From contig CAZCLW010000002.1 of the NCBI GenBank assembly GCA_964499685.1, positions 93,013-157,012 on the forward strand: a stretch of DNA of 64,000 bases, written 5' to 3'. The notes beneath the pieces were generated by a model that saw only the letters and a list, made by a program, of their open reading frames with translations, ran no database searches and was not told the DNA's origin. The position numbers were made by a program, and so were the translations under genes. Within the stretch, counting starts at the first letter, position 1, and each line of letters starts with the position of its first letter. The DNA comes from an uncultured Planctomycetales bacterium. GTDB lineage: Bacteria > Omnitrophota > Gorgyraeia > Zapsychrales > GWA2-47-8. Shown piece by piece: positions 45,345-54,908 of this stretch.

Positions 45345-46472
45345 ATGGACAAAGAAAAACTAAAATCCTTAAGATTTCTGCACCAGGAAATCGAGCATAC
45401 CCTTGCTGAATCCCTGAAGGAACTGACCGATATCAAGTTTGCTCTTGATGTTTCGACCATTGTGGCGATCACCGATCAAGCCGGCAAGATCATTTATGCG
45501 AACGATAAATTCTGCGAGATCTCGAAATACGCGCGGGAAGAACTGTTGGGGCAGGACCATCGCATCATCAATTCAGGATTTCATCCCCAGGAGTTTATGC
45601 GTGACCTCTGGCGGACCATCGCCTCGGGGAAGGTCTGGCACGGCGAGATCCGCAATCGTGCTAAAGATGGCGCTATGTATTGGGTCGATACGACCATTGT
45701 TCCGTTCCTGAATGATAAAGGTAAGCCTTATCAATATGTGGCCATACGCCATGACATCACCCAGCGTAAGGCCCTGGAAGAATCCATCAAACAGCTTCCT
45801 CAGCGGATCCTGCAGGCCCAGGAGACCGAGAAAAACCGCATTGCCAAGGATATTCATGATGATCTGGGGCAGTCCTTGGCCACTTTAAAGATGATGATCC
45901 AGTCCACGACCGCGGAGTTTTCGTCCGGCAACCCGCAGTTAAAAGAATGCGTGGATAAAGTGATCAAGGATGTGAACGGCATTATCGAGAAAACCCGCAG
46001 TATCGCCACAGGCCTACGGCCTCCGACGCTGGAAGTGCTGGGCCTGGAAGCAGCCGTATCCACGCTTATTGAGAATGTCAAGAGGCGGACCGGGCTCAAG
46101 ATAAAACTTTCCGGGGATTGTTTGGATGACGTTCAATTTAAGGATGAATCCATACACTTTTATAGGATCATCCAGGAGGCGTTGAACAATGTGGCCAAGC
46201 ATGCGCGGGCAACCAGGGTCGATATCGGCATCGAACTCAGCGAAGGAAAAATGATAGTCGGCATCAAAGATGATGGCCAGGGTTTTTTTGTTCCAAAGCA
46301 CAAGGCGAAAGATACCGCTGATCAGATCATTCAGGGCCTTGGTTTGGCCATCATGGAAGAGCGTACGCGGGCCTTGGGCGGCGATTTTCATATTTCTTCA
46401 GAGGCCGGCGGCGGAGGGACCATGATCGTTCTTTCCATCCCGGTCATTGTGGAACCCAAAAGAGAATATTAA
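45345..46472 (+). CDS. Cytoplasmic PAS-domain sensor histidine kinase (HisKA_3 / NarX-UhpB-type)
   Basis: PAS segment with ...HGEIRNRAKDGAMYWVDTTIVP. H-box EKNRIAKDIHDDLGQSLATLKM. HATPase_c N/G boxes (EALNNVAKHA, DDGQGF, GLGLAIMEER). No TM helices. Confidence 0.8.
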   Translation: MDKEKLKSLRFLHQEIEHTLAESLKELTDIKFALDVSTIVAITDQAGKIIYANDKFCEISKYAREELLGQDHRIINSGFHPQEFMRDLWRTIASGKVWHGEIRNRAKDGAMYWVDTTIVPFLNDKGKPYQYVAIRHDITQRKALEESIKQLPQRILQAQETEKNRIAKDIHDDLGQSLATLKMMIQSTTAEFSSGNPQLKECVDKVIKDVNGIIEKTRSIATGLRPPTLEVLGLEAAVSTLIENVKRRTGLKIKLSGDCLDDVQFKDESIHFYRIIQEALNNVAKHARATRVDIGIELSEGKMIVGIKDDGQGFFVPKHKAKDTADQIIQGLGLAIMEERTRALGGDFHISSEAGGGGTMIVLSIPVIVEPKREY

Positions 46473-47119
46473 TGCCTTCCTATAGGATTATATTAGCGGA
46501 TGACCACAATCTTTTCCGTACGGGGCTGAAGGGCCTTATCGAAAAGGATCCGGAATTCAAGGTCGTGGCTGAGGCCCAAGACGGCGAACAGCTGCTGGAA
46601 AAAATGGGTCGAGTGAAAGCCGATCTGGTCGTCCTCGATCTTTCCATGCCGAATATGGACGGCCTGGAAACCCTTAAAGAGATCCGCAAAAAATTTTCCA
46701 AGCTCAAGATCCTCATCTTGACCATGCTTAAGGACCCTGAACATCTTAAGCATGCTCTCGCCGGCGGGGCCAACGGCTACATGCTCAAGGACGATGCCTA
46801 TGACCAGTTGCTCATGGGCCTTAAAATGATCCTCAAAAAAGACAAACAATTTGTTTCCCCGGCAATTTCCGGCGTCATTGCCGACCATTATGTGCGTTCC
46901 ATGGATGAAGTGGACGCGCCATCCATGGAGATCTTGACTAAACGCGAGCAGGAAATCCTCAAATTGATCGCCCAAGGCCTGCCTAATAAGGCGATCGCCG
47001 CCAAGCTCAAGATCAGTATCCGCACCGTCGAGACCCACCGCGGGAATCTTTCCGCCAAATTGGGCCTGAAGAATACCGCTGCCCTCGTCAAATATGCCAT
47101 TTCCAAAGGCCTTGCCTGA
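46472..47119 (+). CDS. NarL/FixJ-family response regulator (REC plus LuxR-type HTH)
   Basis: ILADDHNLFRTGL...DLSMPNMDGLETLKEIRK (REC). LTKREQEILKLIAQGLPNKAIAAKLKISIRTVETHRGNL (LuxR HTH). The ATG overlaps the kinase stop (ATGA-type coupling). Confidence 0.85.
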   Translation: MPSYRIILADDHNLFRTGLKGLIEKDPEFKVVAEAQDGEQLLEKMGRVKADLVVLDLSMPNMDGLETLKEIRKKFSKLKILILTMLKDPEHLKHALAGGANGYMLKDDAYDQLLMGLKMILKKDKQFVSPAISGVIADHYVRSMDEVDAPSMEILTKREQEILKLIAQGLPNKAIAAKLKISIRTVETHRGNLSAKLGLKNTAALVKYAISKGLA

Positions 47120-47131
47120 TTTATTTTCTTC

Positions 47132-47147
47132 TACGTAATTTTACGTA
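47132..47147. promoter_or_regulatory. 7-2-7 inverted repeat TACGTAA-TT-TTACGTA (NarL-type heptamer arrangement); third TACGTA at 47154-47159
   Basis: Lies 13 nt after the response-regulator stop and about 60 nt upstream of the B12-radical SAM gene start. It is part of a perfect 18-bp palindrome CTACGTAATTTTACGTAG. Confidence 0.4.
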
Positions 47148-47204
47148 GGTATCTACGTATATTTACCAATTCTTTCTCCCTTCCAATTCGAATAAAATTT
47201 ATCT

Positions 47205-48710
47205 ATGAAAGTATTATTTCTTACGCCTCCGATCGGCTCGTGGGCCACACACGGCAACCACAAAGCCCCCAATCAATTTTATGCGCAGCTCGCCGCTTAT
47301 GTCCGCCAGGAAGATCTGGCTGAAGTGGAAGTCTTGGATTGTAAAGCTTTGGGGCTTTCCTACGGTCAGATGCTCAGCCGTGTACGTGAAATCGCACCGG
47401 ATATGGTCGTCATGGGTGACCTGCTGCATTCAACCGGGGGGTTGGCGGTCATCTGGCATTTTAATGAGAGCGCGCGCCTGATCAAAGGTATTCTGCCGGA
47501 TACTTTGATCGTGGTGGGCGGTTTATGGTATTCGGCGTTTTACGCCGAAACGATGGAAGAGGTGCCGCAGATCGATTTTATTCTGATCGGTGAAGGGGAG
47601 CTGACCCTGGCGGACCTGCTGACTCATTTAAATTCCGAAAGATTACGGGTGCATCTGGATTTTTCGCATAAGAAAAAGGCCTTGCGGGGAATCCCGGGCC
47701 TGGTTTCGCGCGGTCAAAATGGCCAGATCTATGTCGGCCCGCACCGTCCCCTGATCCCCCATCTCGATGCCTTACCGATGCCGGCCTATGATCTTTTTCC
47801 CATGGACCAATATGTGGGGCATACCTATTGGAAGCCTTTTTCGGAATTAATGACTTCCCGCGGGTGCCCGGGGGGATGCCATTTCTGCTATGAGTGGAGC
47901 CTTTATGACCCGCGTTCCAATCAAAAGGATTTCACTTCCTGGCGCTGCCGTTCAGCCAAAAGCATTTGCGATGAACTGGACCTTTTGGAAAAGACTTACG
48001 GGATCAGAGTGGTGGTCATACAGGACGATGCGTTCAATGTGAGCGCCGATCTGGTCCGGTCGTTTTGTGAAGAAAAAATTAAAAGAGGCAATCAGATCAA
48101 ATGGGTTTGTCTTGGCCGTGCCGATGATTGGACCCAGCAAAAGGACCTTATCCCTTTGATGGCCCAAGCCGGTCTTTTTATGGGCCTGGTCGGCGTGGAG
48201 GTCGAAAAAAACACTAAGCTGAGCCGTATTGGGAAGGGAGTAACGCTGGAGCAGATCAAAGGCACGGTCGACATTTTAAGGGCGAACAATGTAGCTACCG
48301 TCGGAACGGTCCTGATCGGCCTGGAAGACGACGATGAAGCCGCGATCAAGGAACGGTTGCGCGTGGTCAATGAAGTGGACCCCGATATCCTGGCGCTGGA
48401 TTACGTGACACCCGTGCCGGGTTCGCCCATTTGGCGCAAGGCGGTCAAGAGCGGCCTGCTGGACCCCAAGAAGATCAACCTGAAAGAATGGGACTTTCAT
48501 CACCCTGTTATCCCGACGAAATATCTTTCCCTTGAGGATGTGGGCCGTTTGGGCGCCTGGTGTATGCGGGAATTCTATTCGCGGCCTGAGAGGATCCACC
48601 GCATCATGGACAGCGGCTATGACGATCTTGTTAAGCTCTGCGTGAAGGATTTTATGAGCAATATAAGCAAATTTGAGGCGACATCCCGGCGAGAACGCAC
48701 CTATGTTTAA
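47205..48710 (+). CDS. B12-binding domain-containing radical SAM protein
   Basis: N-terminal cobalamin-binding Rossmann region. Radical SAM cluster motif TSRGCPGGCHFCYEW. 501 aa. Confidence 0.85.
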   Translation: MKVLFLTPPIGSWATHGNHKAPNQFYAQLAAYVRQEDLAEVEVLDCKALGLSYGQMLSRVREIAPDMVVMGDLLHSTGGLAVIWHFNESARLIKGILPDTLIVVGGLWYSAFYAETMEEVPQIDFILIGEGELTLADLLTHLNSERLRVHLDFSHKKKALRGIPGLVSRGQNGQIYVGPHRPLIPHLDALPMPAYDLFPMDQYVGHTYWKPFSELMTSRGCPGGCHFCYEWSLYDPRSNQKDFTSWRCRSAKSICDELDLLEKTYGIRVVVIQDDAFNVSADLVRSFCEEKIKRGNQIKWVCLGRADDWTQQKDLIPLMAQAGLFMGLVGVEVEKNTKLSRIGKGVTLEQIKGTVDILRANNVATVGTVLIGLEDDDEAAIKERLRVVNEVDPDILALDYVTPVPGSPIWRKAVKSGLLDPKKINLKEWDFHHPVIPTKYLSLEDVGRLGAWCMREFYSRPERIHRIMDSGYDDLVKLCVKDFMSNISKFEATSRRERTYV

Positions 48711-48740
48711 TGGAAGAAAATCGTGAAAGGAACAAATATC

Positions 48741-49223
48741 ATGGAAAAGACCATATCCTCATTTTATGCGCATGATCATGATGAACTGGACGGTTTCCTG
48801 CAGGCCTTTCAAAGGCTTAAAAAGACCGATTATGCGAGCGCCAAAGAAAATTTCAAGAAATTCAAATTCGGGTTGCAGAAACACATTGCCTGGGAAGAAG
48901 AGATCCTGTTCCCACTGTTCGAAGAAAAGACCGGCCTGAAAGAAGGCGGTCCGACGGAGGCGATGCGCGATGAGCACCGCCGGATCAAAGACGCTTTGGA
49001 GGACCTGCATAAGAAGGTCCAACGGCAGGACCCGAACAGCGACAGTGAAGAGCTGATGCTTTTGGCCCTTTTGCACGAACACAATGAGAAAGAAGAGCAT
49101 GTTTTATACCCTGCGATCGACCGCCTGGCTTCCGATGAGGAGCGTAAAAAAATTTTCGGCCGGATGGATGCTCTGCCTGAACAGAAATACAAGACCTGTT
49201 GTGGTCTAAAAATGGATCACTGA
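48741..49223 (+). CDS. Hemerythrin-like HHE cation-binding domain protein
   Basis: HDHDELD...QKHIAWEEEILFP...RDEHRRIKD...LLHEHNEKEEHVLYP carries repeated H/E ligand motifs of the hemerythrin fold. RBS GAAAGGAAC. Confidence 0.6.
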   Translation: MEKTISSFYAHDHDELDGFLQAFQRLKKTDYASAKENFKKFKFGLQKHIAWEEEILFPLFEEKTGLKEGGPTEAMRDEHRRIKDALEDLHKKVQRQDPNSDSEELMLLALLHEHNEKEEHVLYPAIDRLASDEERKKIFGRMDALPEQKYKTCCGLKMDH

Positions 49224-49486
49224 TGAAGGCGGTTTCCTATAAATGGCTTCCTGTTGTCGAAGCTGATCGGTGCACAGGCTGCGGTGAGTGTGTTTTGGCC
49301 TGTGGGCCTCAATGTCTCGATATAGTCAACGGTATCGCCGTTCTGACCAACCCGGATATTTGCGGCAGTGAAGAGCATTGTATTGCACCGTGTCCGGAAA
49401 AGGCCATCCGCATGGAGTGGGTGCCTTGCAAAGGTGACCATACACGGGGTCAATGGAGCAATACGCCTGATGGATACGAAATTTGA
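49223..49486 (+). CDS. 4Fe-4S ferredoxin-like protein
   Basis: CTGCGECVLACGPQC and CGSEEHCIAPCP cluster motifs. The start overlaps the hemerythrin stop (TGATG). Confidence 0.55.
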   Translation: MKAVSYKWLPVVEADRCTGCGECVLACGPQCLDIVNGIAVLTNPDICGSEEHCIAPCPEKAIRMEWVPCKGDHTRGQWSNTPDGYEI

Positions 49487-50276
49487 AGCATTTCGATTTA
49501 TCTACGGTCCGGTCCAATCTTGGCGGATGGGAAAATCTTTGGGCATTGATCCGCTTTCCGACTCGACAAAAATCTGCAATCTCAACTGCATTTACTGCCA
49601 GCTTGGCAAGACCTCTCTCCTGACGAATGAACGCCGGGAGTATGTTTCGACATGGGAGATTCTCGACGAAATCCAGCGGTTTTTTCAAGAGCGGGCTGCT
49701 GACTCTGCGGACATCGATTATCTGACATTTTCGGGCCGCGGCGAGCCGACCTTGGCGAAAAATTTAGGTGCGATGATCAAGGGGGTGCGCCGGATCTGCC
49801 AGGAAGAGATTGCGGTCATCACCAATGCGACCTTTTTGGGACGGCCGGACGTGCAGGAAGACCTGGCTGCGAGCGACTTGATCATTACCAAGCTGGACGC
49901 CTACGATGAGGCTTCGTTCCGCAAAGTGGACAGAGGGATCAGGGGAATCAGTTTTGAAAAGACCCTGGAAGGCATCAAATCTTTTCGGGAAATTTACACG
50001 GGCACTTTGGCCATCCAGATCATGTTCGTGGAAGAGAACCGCACGCTGGCGGAAGAAATAGCGAAGCTTGTCAGAGAGATCAACCCCGATGAGATCCAGA
50101 TCAATACACCGCTGCGGCCGTCCGGCGCCAGGCCGCTCGACAAGGCCGGCATTGATGAAATTAAGTCCTGTTTTGCCGGAATGCCTGCCGTTACCGTTTA
50201 TGACAGAGAACGGAAGGAAACCGTGCCTTTCGATAGGGTGCAGACGATTAAACGACATGGTAATTTTTATGGATAA
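49470..50276 (+). CDS. Radical SAM protein of unknown function
   Basis: CNLNCIYCQ (Cx3Cx2C) near the N-terminus and GxGEP-like LTFSGRGEPTL. 268 aa. An internal ATG is used because the upstream frame overlaps the ferredoxin. Confidence 0.6.
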   Translation: MDTKFEAFRFIYGPVQSWRMGKSLGIDPLSDSTKICNLNCIYCQLGKTSLLTNERREYVSTWEILDEIQRFFQERAADSADIDYLTFSGRGEPTLAKNLGAMIKGVRRICQEEIAVITNATFLGRPDVQEDLAASDLIITKLDAYDEASFRKVDRGIRGISFEKTLEGIKSFREIYTGTLAIQIMFVEENRTLAEEIAKLVREINPDEIQINTPLRPSGARPLDKAGIDEIKSCFAGMPAVTVYDRERKETVPFDRVQTIKRHGNFYG

Positions 50277-50292
50277 CTAAAGGGAGGTACTC

Positions 50293-52563
50293 ATGGGGCT
50301 GGATATTTCAGAGAACTCGAGGAAAGTTTTAGAGAGGCGGTATCTAAAGAAAGACAAGGAAGGCCGCATTTCTGAAATGCCGGATGAAATGTTCCGGCGG
50401 GTCGCCCATGAAATAGCCTCGGTAGATAAGATCTATGGTTATAACCTTAATGAGATCAGTTATACGGAAGAGGCGTTCTTCCAGATGATGATGAACCTCG
50501 AATTTATGCCGAATTCCCCGACGCTGATGAACGCCGGCCGGCCGCTGGGCCAGCTGAGCGCCTGTTTTGTCCTTCCCATTCATGATTCCATGGAATCCAT
50601 TTTTGATGCCTTGAAGTGCACGGCCATTATCCATAAATCCGGCGGCGGCACAGGCTTTTCTTTCTCGCAGCTGCGGGAGAAGAACAGTTTGGTCCAGGCG
50701 ACCGGCGGCGTTGCTTCGGGACCGGTCTCTTTCCTGAAGGTTTTTGACAGCGCCACACAGGCGGTCAAACAGGGTGGTACCCGACGCGGGGCCAATATGG
50801 GGATCCTGCGCATCGATCACCCCGACATCCTGGAATTCATTGCCTGTAAAGAAAAAGACAAGGAGATCTCCAATTTTAATATCTCGGTTTCCATTACCGA
50901 TAAATTCTGGCAGGCCTTGGAAAAGGGAGAGGATTATGAACTTGTTTCTCCTTTGACGGGTAAGACGGTCAAAAAATTGAGCAGCCATAAAGTTTTCGAC
51001 CTTATCGTCAAGAGTGCGCATCGTAACGGCGAACCTGGCTTGATCTTTATCGACCGCATGAATGAATTCAATCCCACGCCCGAACTCGGTGCGTATGAGG
51101 CTACGAACCCCTGCGGCGAACAGGTGCTTCTTCCTTATGAGAGCTGTAATCTGGGTTCCATCAATTTGATCCGCATGATCAAAAAAACGGAGCATGGATA
51201 CGATGTTGACTGGGACAAGTTGCAGGTCACGGTGCGGCGGGCGGTCCATTTTCTGGACAATGTGATCGACGCCAACAAACACCCGGTCAGGGAGATCGAA
51301 GAGCAGACAAAGTTGACCCGCAAGATCGGCTTAGGGATCATGGGCTGGGCATCGCTCTTGCTGCGGCTTGGTATCCCTTATGATTCCGAACAGGCTTTGG
51401 AGCTTGCCGAACGGGTGATGTCTTTTATTCTGACGGAAGCCAAGATGAAGTCACTGGAACTAGCCAAGGCCAAAGATGTTTTCCCGGCTTTTGAGCAAAG
51501 TGTGTATGCTGTCGGTGGAGAAAAAATGAGGTTCAGGAACGCTACTTTGACAACCATCGCGCCCACAGGGACGATCAGCATTATTGCCGGCCCGTGCTCG
51601 TCGGGAATAGAGCCGGTCTTTTCGATTTGCTATTATCGTAACGTTATGGACCAGACCAAACTGGTGGAGGTTGACCGGACTTTCGAGGAAGTGGCCAAGG
51701 AAAGAGGTTTTTATAGTCCGGCCTTGATGGACCGGATCGCTTCGGAAGGCGGCATCCAATCGATAGACGAGATCCCGGCGGATATCAAACGTATTTTTGT
51801 CACATCTCACGATATTGCTCCGGAATGGCATGTGAAAATGCAGGCCGCTTTCCAGAAATATACCGATAATGCCGTTTCAAAGACGATCAATTTTCAGCAT
51901 GCGGCCACCGAGGAGGATGTGCGTGAGGCCTTTAAGCTGGCCTATGAGCTTGGCTGCAAAGGGATCACGGTTTACCGCGATGGAAGCCGCGAAGACCAGG
52001 TCCTCAACATTTCCAAACAGGAAAAAAAGGAAAAACCGGCCACGGAAATTCCCGGCCACTTGGAGCCGCGGCCCAGGCCGGAGATTACCGAAGGTACAAC
52101 CGTTAAAGAGCTGACCGGTTGCGGAAATCTATATGTTACTATAAATGACGATGAAGAAGGGCGGCCATTCGAGGTCTTTACTCAGATGGGGAAAACCGGC
52201 GGCTGTGCGGCGAGTCAGCTGGAGGCCATCGCCCGGCTGACCTCCTTGGCTTTACGTTCGGGGATCGATGCCAAGGTCGTGGCCGATCAATTACGCGGCA
52301 TCCGCTGTCCGGCACCGGCGTGGAACAAGGGAAAGCGCATTTTTTCCTGCGCCGATGCGATCTCGCAGGTTTTGCAGAAACGCCTGCAGGCCGAGCGATC
52401 GCCCCAGGCGCCGCTTTCCGCCCGGATCAAGGTCGACCCGCCTCTGGCCGTACAGGCTGTATCCAAAAATAATGTTGTGGGGGTCTGCTTAGACTGCGGT
52501 TCGCCGCTTCACCATGAAGAGGGATGTTTAAAGTGTTACAGTTGCGGATTTACAAAATGCTGA
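50293..52563 (+). CDS. nrdJ: Adenosylcobalamin-dependent (class II) ribonucleotide reductase
   Basis: N-terminal VLERRYLKKDKEG...ETPDEMFRRVA. Active-site EATNPCGEQ...CNLGSINL. C-terminal Zn ribbon CLDCG...CLKCYSCG. RBS AAGGGAGGT. Confidence 0.85.
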   Translation: MGLDISENSRKVLERRYLKKDKEGRISEMPDEMFRRVAHEIASVDKIYGYNLNEISYTEEAFFQMMMNLEFMPNSPTLMNAGRPLGQLSACFVLPIHDSMESIFDALKCTAIIHKSGGGTGFSFSQLREKNSLVQATGGVASGPVSFLKVFDSATQAVKQGGTRRGANMGILRIDHPDILEFIACKEKDKEISNFNISVSITDKFWQALEKGEDYELVSPLTGKTVKKLSSHKVFDLIVKSAHRNGEPGLIFIDRMNEFNPTPELGAYEATNPCGEQVLLPYESCNLGSINLIRMIKKTEHGYDVDWDKLQVTVRRAVHFLDNVIDANKHPVREIEEQTKLTRKIGLGIMGWASLLLRLGIPYDSEQALELAERVMSFILTEAKMKSLELAKAKDVFPAFEQSVYAVGGEKMRFRNATLTTIAPTGTISIIAGPCSSGIEPVFSICYYRNVMDQTKLVEVDRTFEEVAKERGFYSPALMDRIASEGGIQSIDEIPADIKRIFVTSHDIAPEWHVKMQAAFQKYTDNAVSKTINFQHAATEEDVREAFKLAYELGCKGITVYRDGSREDQVLNISKQEKKEKPATEIPGHLEPRPRPEITEGTTVKELTGCGNLYVTINDDEEGRPFEVFTQMGKTGGCAASQLEAIARLTSLALRSGIDAKVVADQLRGIRCPAPAWNKGKRIFSCADAISQVLQKRLQAERSPQAPLSARIKVDPPLAVQAVSKNNVVGVCLDCGSPLHHEEGCLKCYSCGFTKC

Positions 52564-53789
52564 AAGACAATATCTCTTTGATAAAGATGCTGCTGAATGT
52601 TGTCGAAGTTATCTGCCGCGAACCCTACCGTTTGTTCTTTCCGCTTGGGACGTGGATGGGCATCGTAGGCGTCAGTCCGTGGCTTTTTTACGCTTTCGGG
52701 TTCAGCCACAGTTACTCCGGGCTTTTTCATTCGTCCATCCAAATGATGGTCTTCATGAACTGTTTTGTAGTCGGTTTTTTGATGACCTTTATCCCGCGTT
52801 TTACCGGGACATCTGTGGCCCGCCGGAGCGAGGTGTTTTCGTTCCTTTTCCTGTTCTTGGGCATGTCCGTTTTTTTGCGGATGGAAGAGTGGATCAAGGC
52901 TGAACTTCTTTATGTCGTATGGTTTGTCCTTCTTTTGCGTTTTCTTCTGATCCGCATCCCCCGACGCAGAAGTGATCCTTCTGCCAAGCCGCCTATTGAA
53001 CTTGTCTGGATTCCGGCCGCCGTGCTGCACGGGATTTTGGGGACCGGGCTCATGATCATGGCCCGCCTGGGAATCTTACCGGCCGGTTTATTAAAGATGG
53101 CCAAGCCTATGATGGAACAGGGCTTTATTCTCTCGATTGTTATCGGTATCGGAAGTTTTCTGGTTGCACGGTTGATGAAGACGCTTGTCAGAGAAGAGGG
53201 GAAACCCAATATGCTGTTTCAGATGGCGTGCATCGCCGGTTTTATGACAAGCTTTATCATCGAGGGCTTGGGTCTCTATCCCGCAGCTTATGGATTACGC
53301 GCACTCGTGACCGCGGCTGTCTTTACAAGAGCCAATATCCTTTTTAGGGTCCCGCGGGCCGTTGATTTTTATGTTGTCCTGGCCTGGGTCTCGGTGTGGA
53401 TGGTCGTTGCCGGTTTCGCCGGCGCGGCCTTATTTCCTCTTTACAGTGTGGCCATGCTGCATATTGCATTTATCGGCGGCTTTAGTCTGTTGATCTATGC
53501 CATCGCCACCATGGTCATTATGTCGCATGCCGGACAAAGGGATCAGCTCAGCCGTCGCTTATGGGTCCTTTGGGTGGTGGCGATAGGCATTCTCCTCGCG
53601 TTGACCAAGCGCTTCGTGGTCATCTTTTTTCCCGATGTCTTCTTTAAAATGTTAGGGATCGCCTCAATTGTCTGGACCATCACGGGCGTCTGCTGGCTGC
53701 TTTTTATTCTACCTAGACTGTTCATTGTCCCTTCTGAAGACGAATTTGGCCGCATGCACGAGCAGGCCAAGAAGCAAATCAACCGGTAA
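52557..53789 (+). CDS. NnrS-like polytopic membrane protein (putative heme-copper NO-response protein)
   Basis: About 12 TM helices. EPYRLFFPLGTWMGIVGV resembles the NnrS N-terminal block. Context: denitrification-type genes downstream. The start overlaps the nrdJ stop. Confidence 0.4.
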   Translation: MLKDNISLIKMLLNVVEVICREPYRLFFPLGTWMGIVGVSPWLFYAFGFSHSYSGLFHSSIQMMVFMNCFVVGFLMTFIPRFTGTSVARRSEVFSFLFLFLGMSVFLRMEEWIKAELLYVVWFVLLLRFLLIRIPRRRSDPSAKPPIELVWIPAAVLHGILGTGLMIMARLGILPAGLLKMAKPMMEQGFILSIVIGIGSFLVARLMKTLVREEGKPNMLFQMACIAGFMTSFIIEGLGLYPAAYGLRALVTAAVFTRANILFRVPRAVDFYVVLAWVSVWMVVAGFAGAALFPLYSVAMLHIAFIGGFSLLIYAIATMVIMSHAGQRDQLSRRLWVLWVVAIGILLALTKRFVVIFFPDVFFKMLGIASIVWTITGVCWLLFILPRLFIVPSEDEFGRMHEQAKKQINR

Positions 53790-53809
53790 AGAAGAAAAAT
53801 GCATTTTTG

Positions 53810-53818
53810 TGATATAAT
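53810..53818 (+). promoter_or_regulatory. Extended -10 promoter element TGATATAAT upstream of the molybdoenzyme gene string
   Basis: TG-n-TATAAT lies 25 nt upstream of the ATG at 53844. No strong -35 box. Confidence 0.3.
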
Positions 53819-53843
53819 CATCCCCGGAAAGGAGAGGGTATAA

Positions 53844-54896
53844 ATGTTCATGCGGTTATATCCGCCGGGTATTGTAAAGGGATTGACGGGAGTCGGTTTC
53901 CTTTCTATCTTGATCGTCATCGGGTCGCGCAAGCTCTTCTACTTTGACGCCGCCTTGATTCCCTACCTTATTGCTACCGTCTTCGCCGTCTTTGGCTGTA
54001 TTTACCGCTATTCGGTCTGGCTTTTTCGTCCTCCGACGAGAATTCTATGGCAGCGCAGCCTGAAAATGGTTTTTAACCGTGATTTTCTCCCCAATATGGG
54101 CCTTGTCGTAAAGGCATTCTTCGAAAATATTTTCCTGCAGAAATTCATCAGCAAACGCAGCCCCTATCGGTGGATCATGCATTTTCTTTTGGCCTGGGGA
54201 TGTATTTTAGGGTTCGCGATCACTTTTCCGCTGGTATTCGGGTGGCTCCATTTTGCCAATCCTCCCGGCGCGTTCCATATGTATCAATTATACCTTTTCG
54301 GTTTTTCCACGGTTATCTTTGACCCTTACGGCATCATCGGTTTTTTATTCTTTAATGCTTTGAATTTTTGTTCGTTAATGATCGTCATCGGGACGCTGAT
54401 GGCCTTCGGCCGCCGCTTGGTGCATCCGGGCGAGGTGACGACCCAAACCTTTGCCGATGACCTTTTACCGCTGATCATTCTGTTTCTTGTCGCTGTCTCC
54501 GGTCTTTTTTTGACTTTCAGTATGCATTACTTGGGAGGGCAGCATTACCGCGTTCTTTCCACCGTCCATTGCTGGACGGTCGTTGCCTTTTTGGTTTATC
54601 TGCCGTTCGGCAAATTTTTCCATATTTTCCAGCGTTCGGCCCAGATGGGCGCAGAGCTGTATATCCGTGAAAAAGAAACGGGAACACCGGCCGTTTGTCC
54701 CAAGACCGGCGAGAGGTTTATCAGCGAAGTACAAAAAGAGGACGTCAAAAAACTTTTGCAGGAAATTGGTTTTAAGTTCCAGGCAGGGGAAAATGAGATT
54801 TCAGTCCAGGACTTAAGCCCGCGGGCCAGGCGCCAACTTCTCGTGGCGGCCCAGCACAAACGCATTAACGGAAAGTTTGACATCGCCAAAGATTAG
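53844..54896 (+). CDS. NarI/DsrM/HdrE-like diheme cytochrome b membrane subunit with cytoplasmic C-terminal extension
   Basis: 5-6 TM helices with paired His in helices (HFLLAW...GWLHF; HYRVLSTVH) and a YLPFGKFFHIF block of the NarI family. C-terminal soluble domain of about 90 aa. Confidence 0.45.
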   Translation: MFMRLYPPGIVKGLTGVGFLSILIVIGSRKLFYFDAALIPYLIATVFAVFGCIYRYSVWLFRPPTRILWQRSLKMVFNRDFLPNMGLVVKAFFENIFLQKFISKRSPYRWIMHFLLAWGCILGFAITFPLVFGWLHFANPPGAFHMYQLYLFGFSTVIFDPYGIIGFLFFNALNFCSLMIVIGTLMAFGRRLVHPGEVTTQTFADDLLPLIILFLVAVSGLFLTFSMHYLGGQHYRVLSTVHCWTVVAFLVYLPFGKFFHIFQRSAQMGAELYIREKETGTPAVCPKTGERFISEVQKEDVKKLLQEIGFKFQAGENEISVQDLSPRARRQLLVAAQHKRINGKFDIAKD

Positions 54897-54908
54897 CAGG
54901 AGATCATC

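Noticed and set aside
50344-51282. 312-aa minus-strand ORF inside nrdJ
   Set aside because: Antisense to a gene with unmistakable class II RNR motifs.
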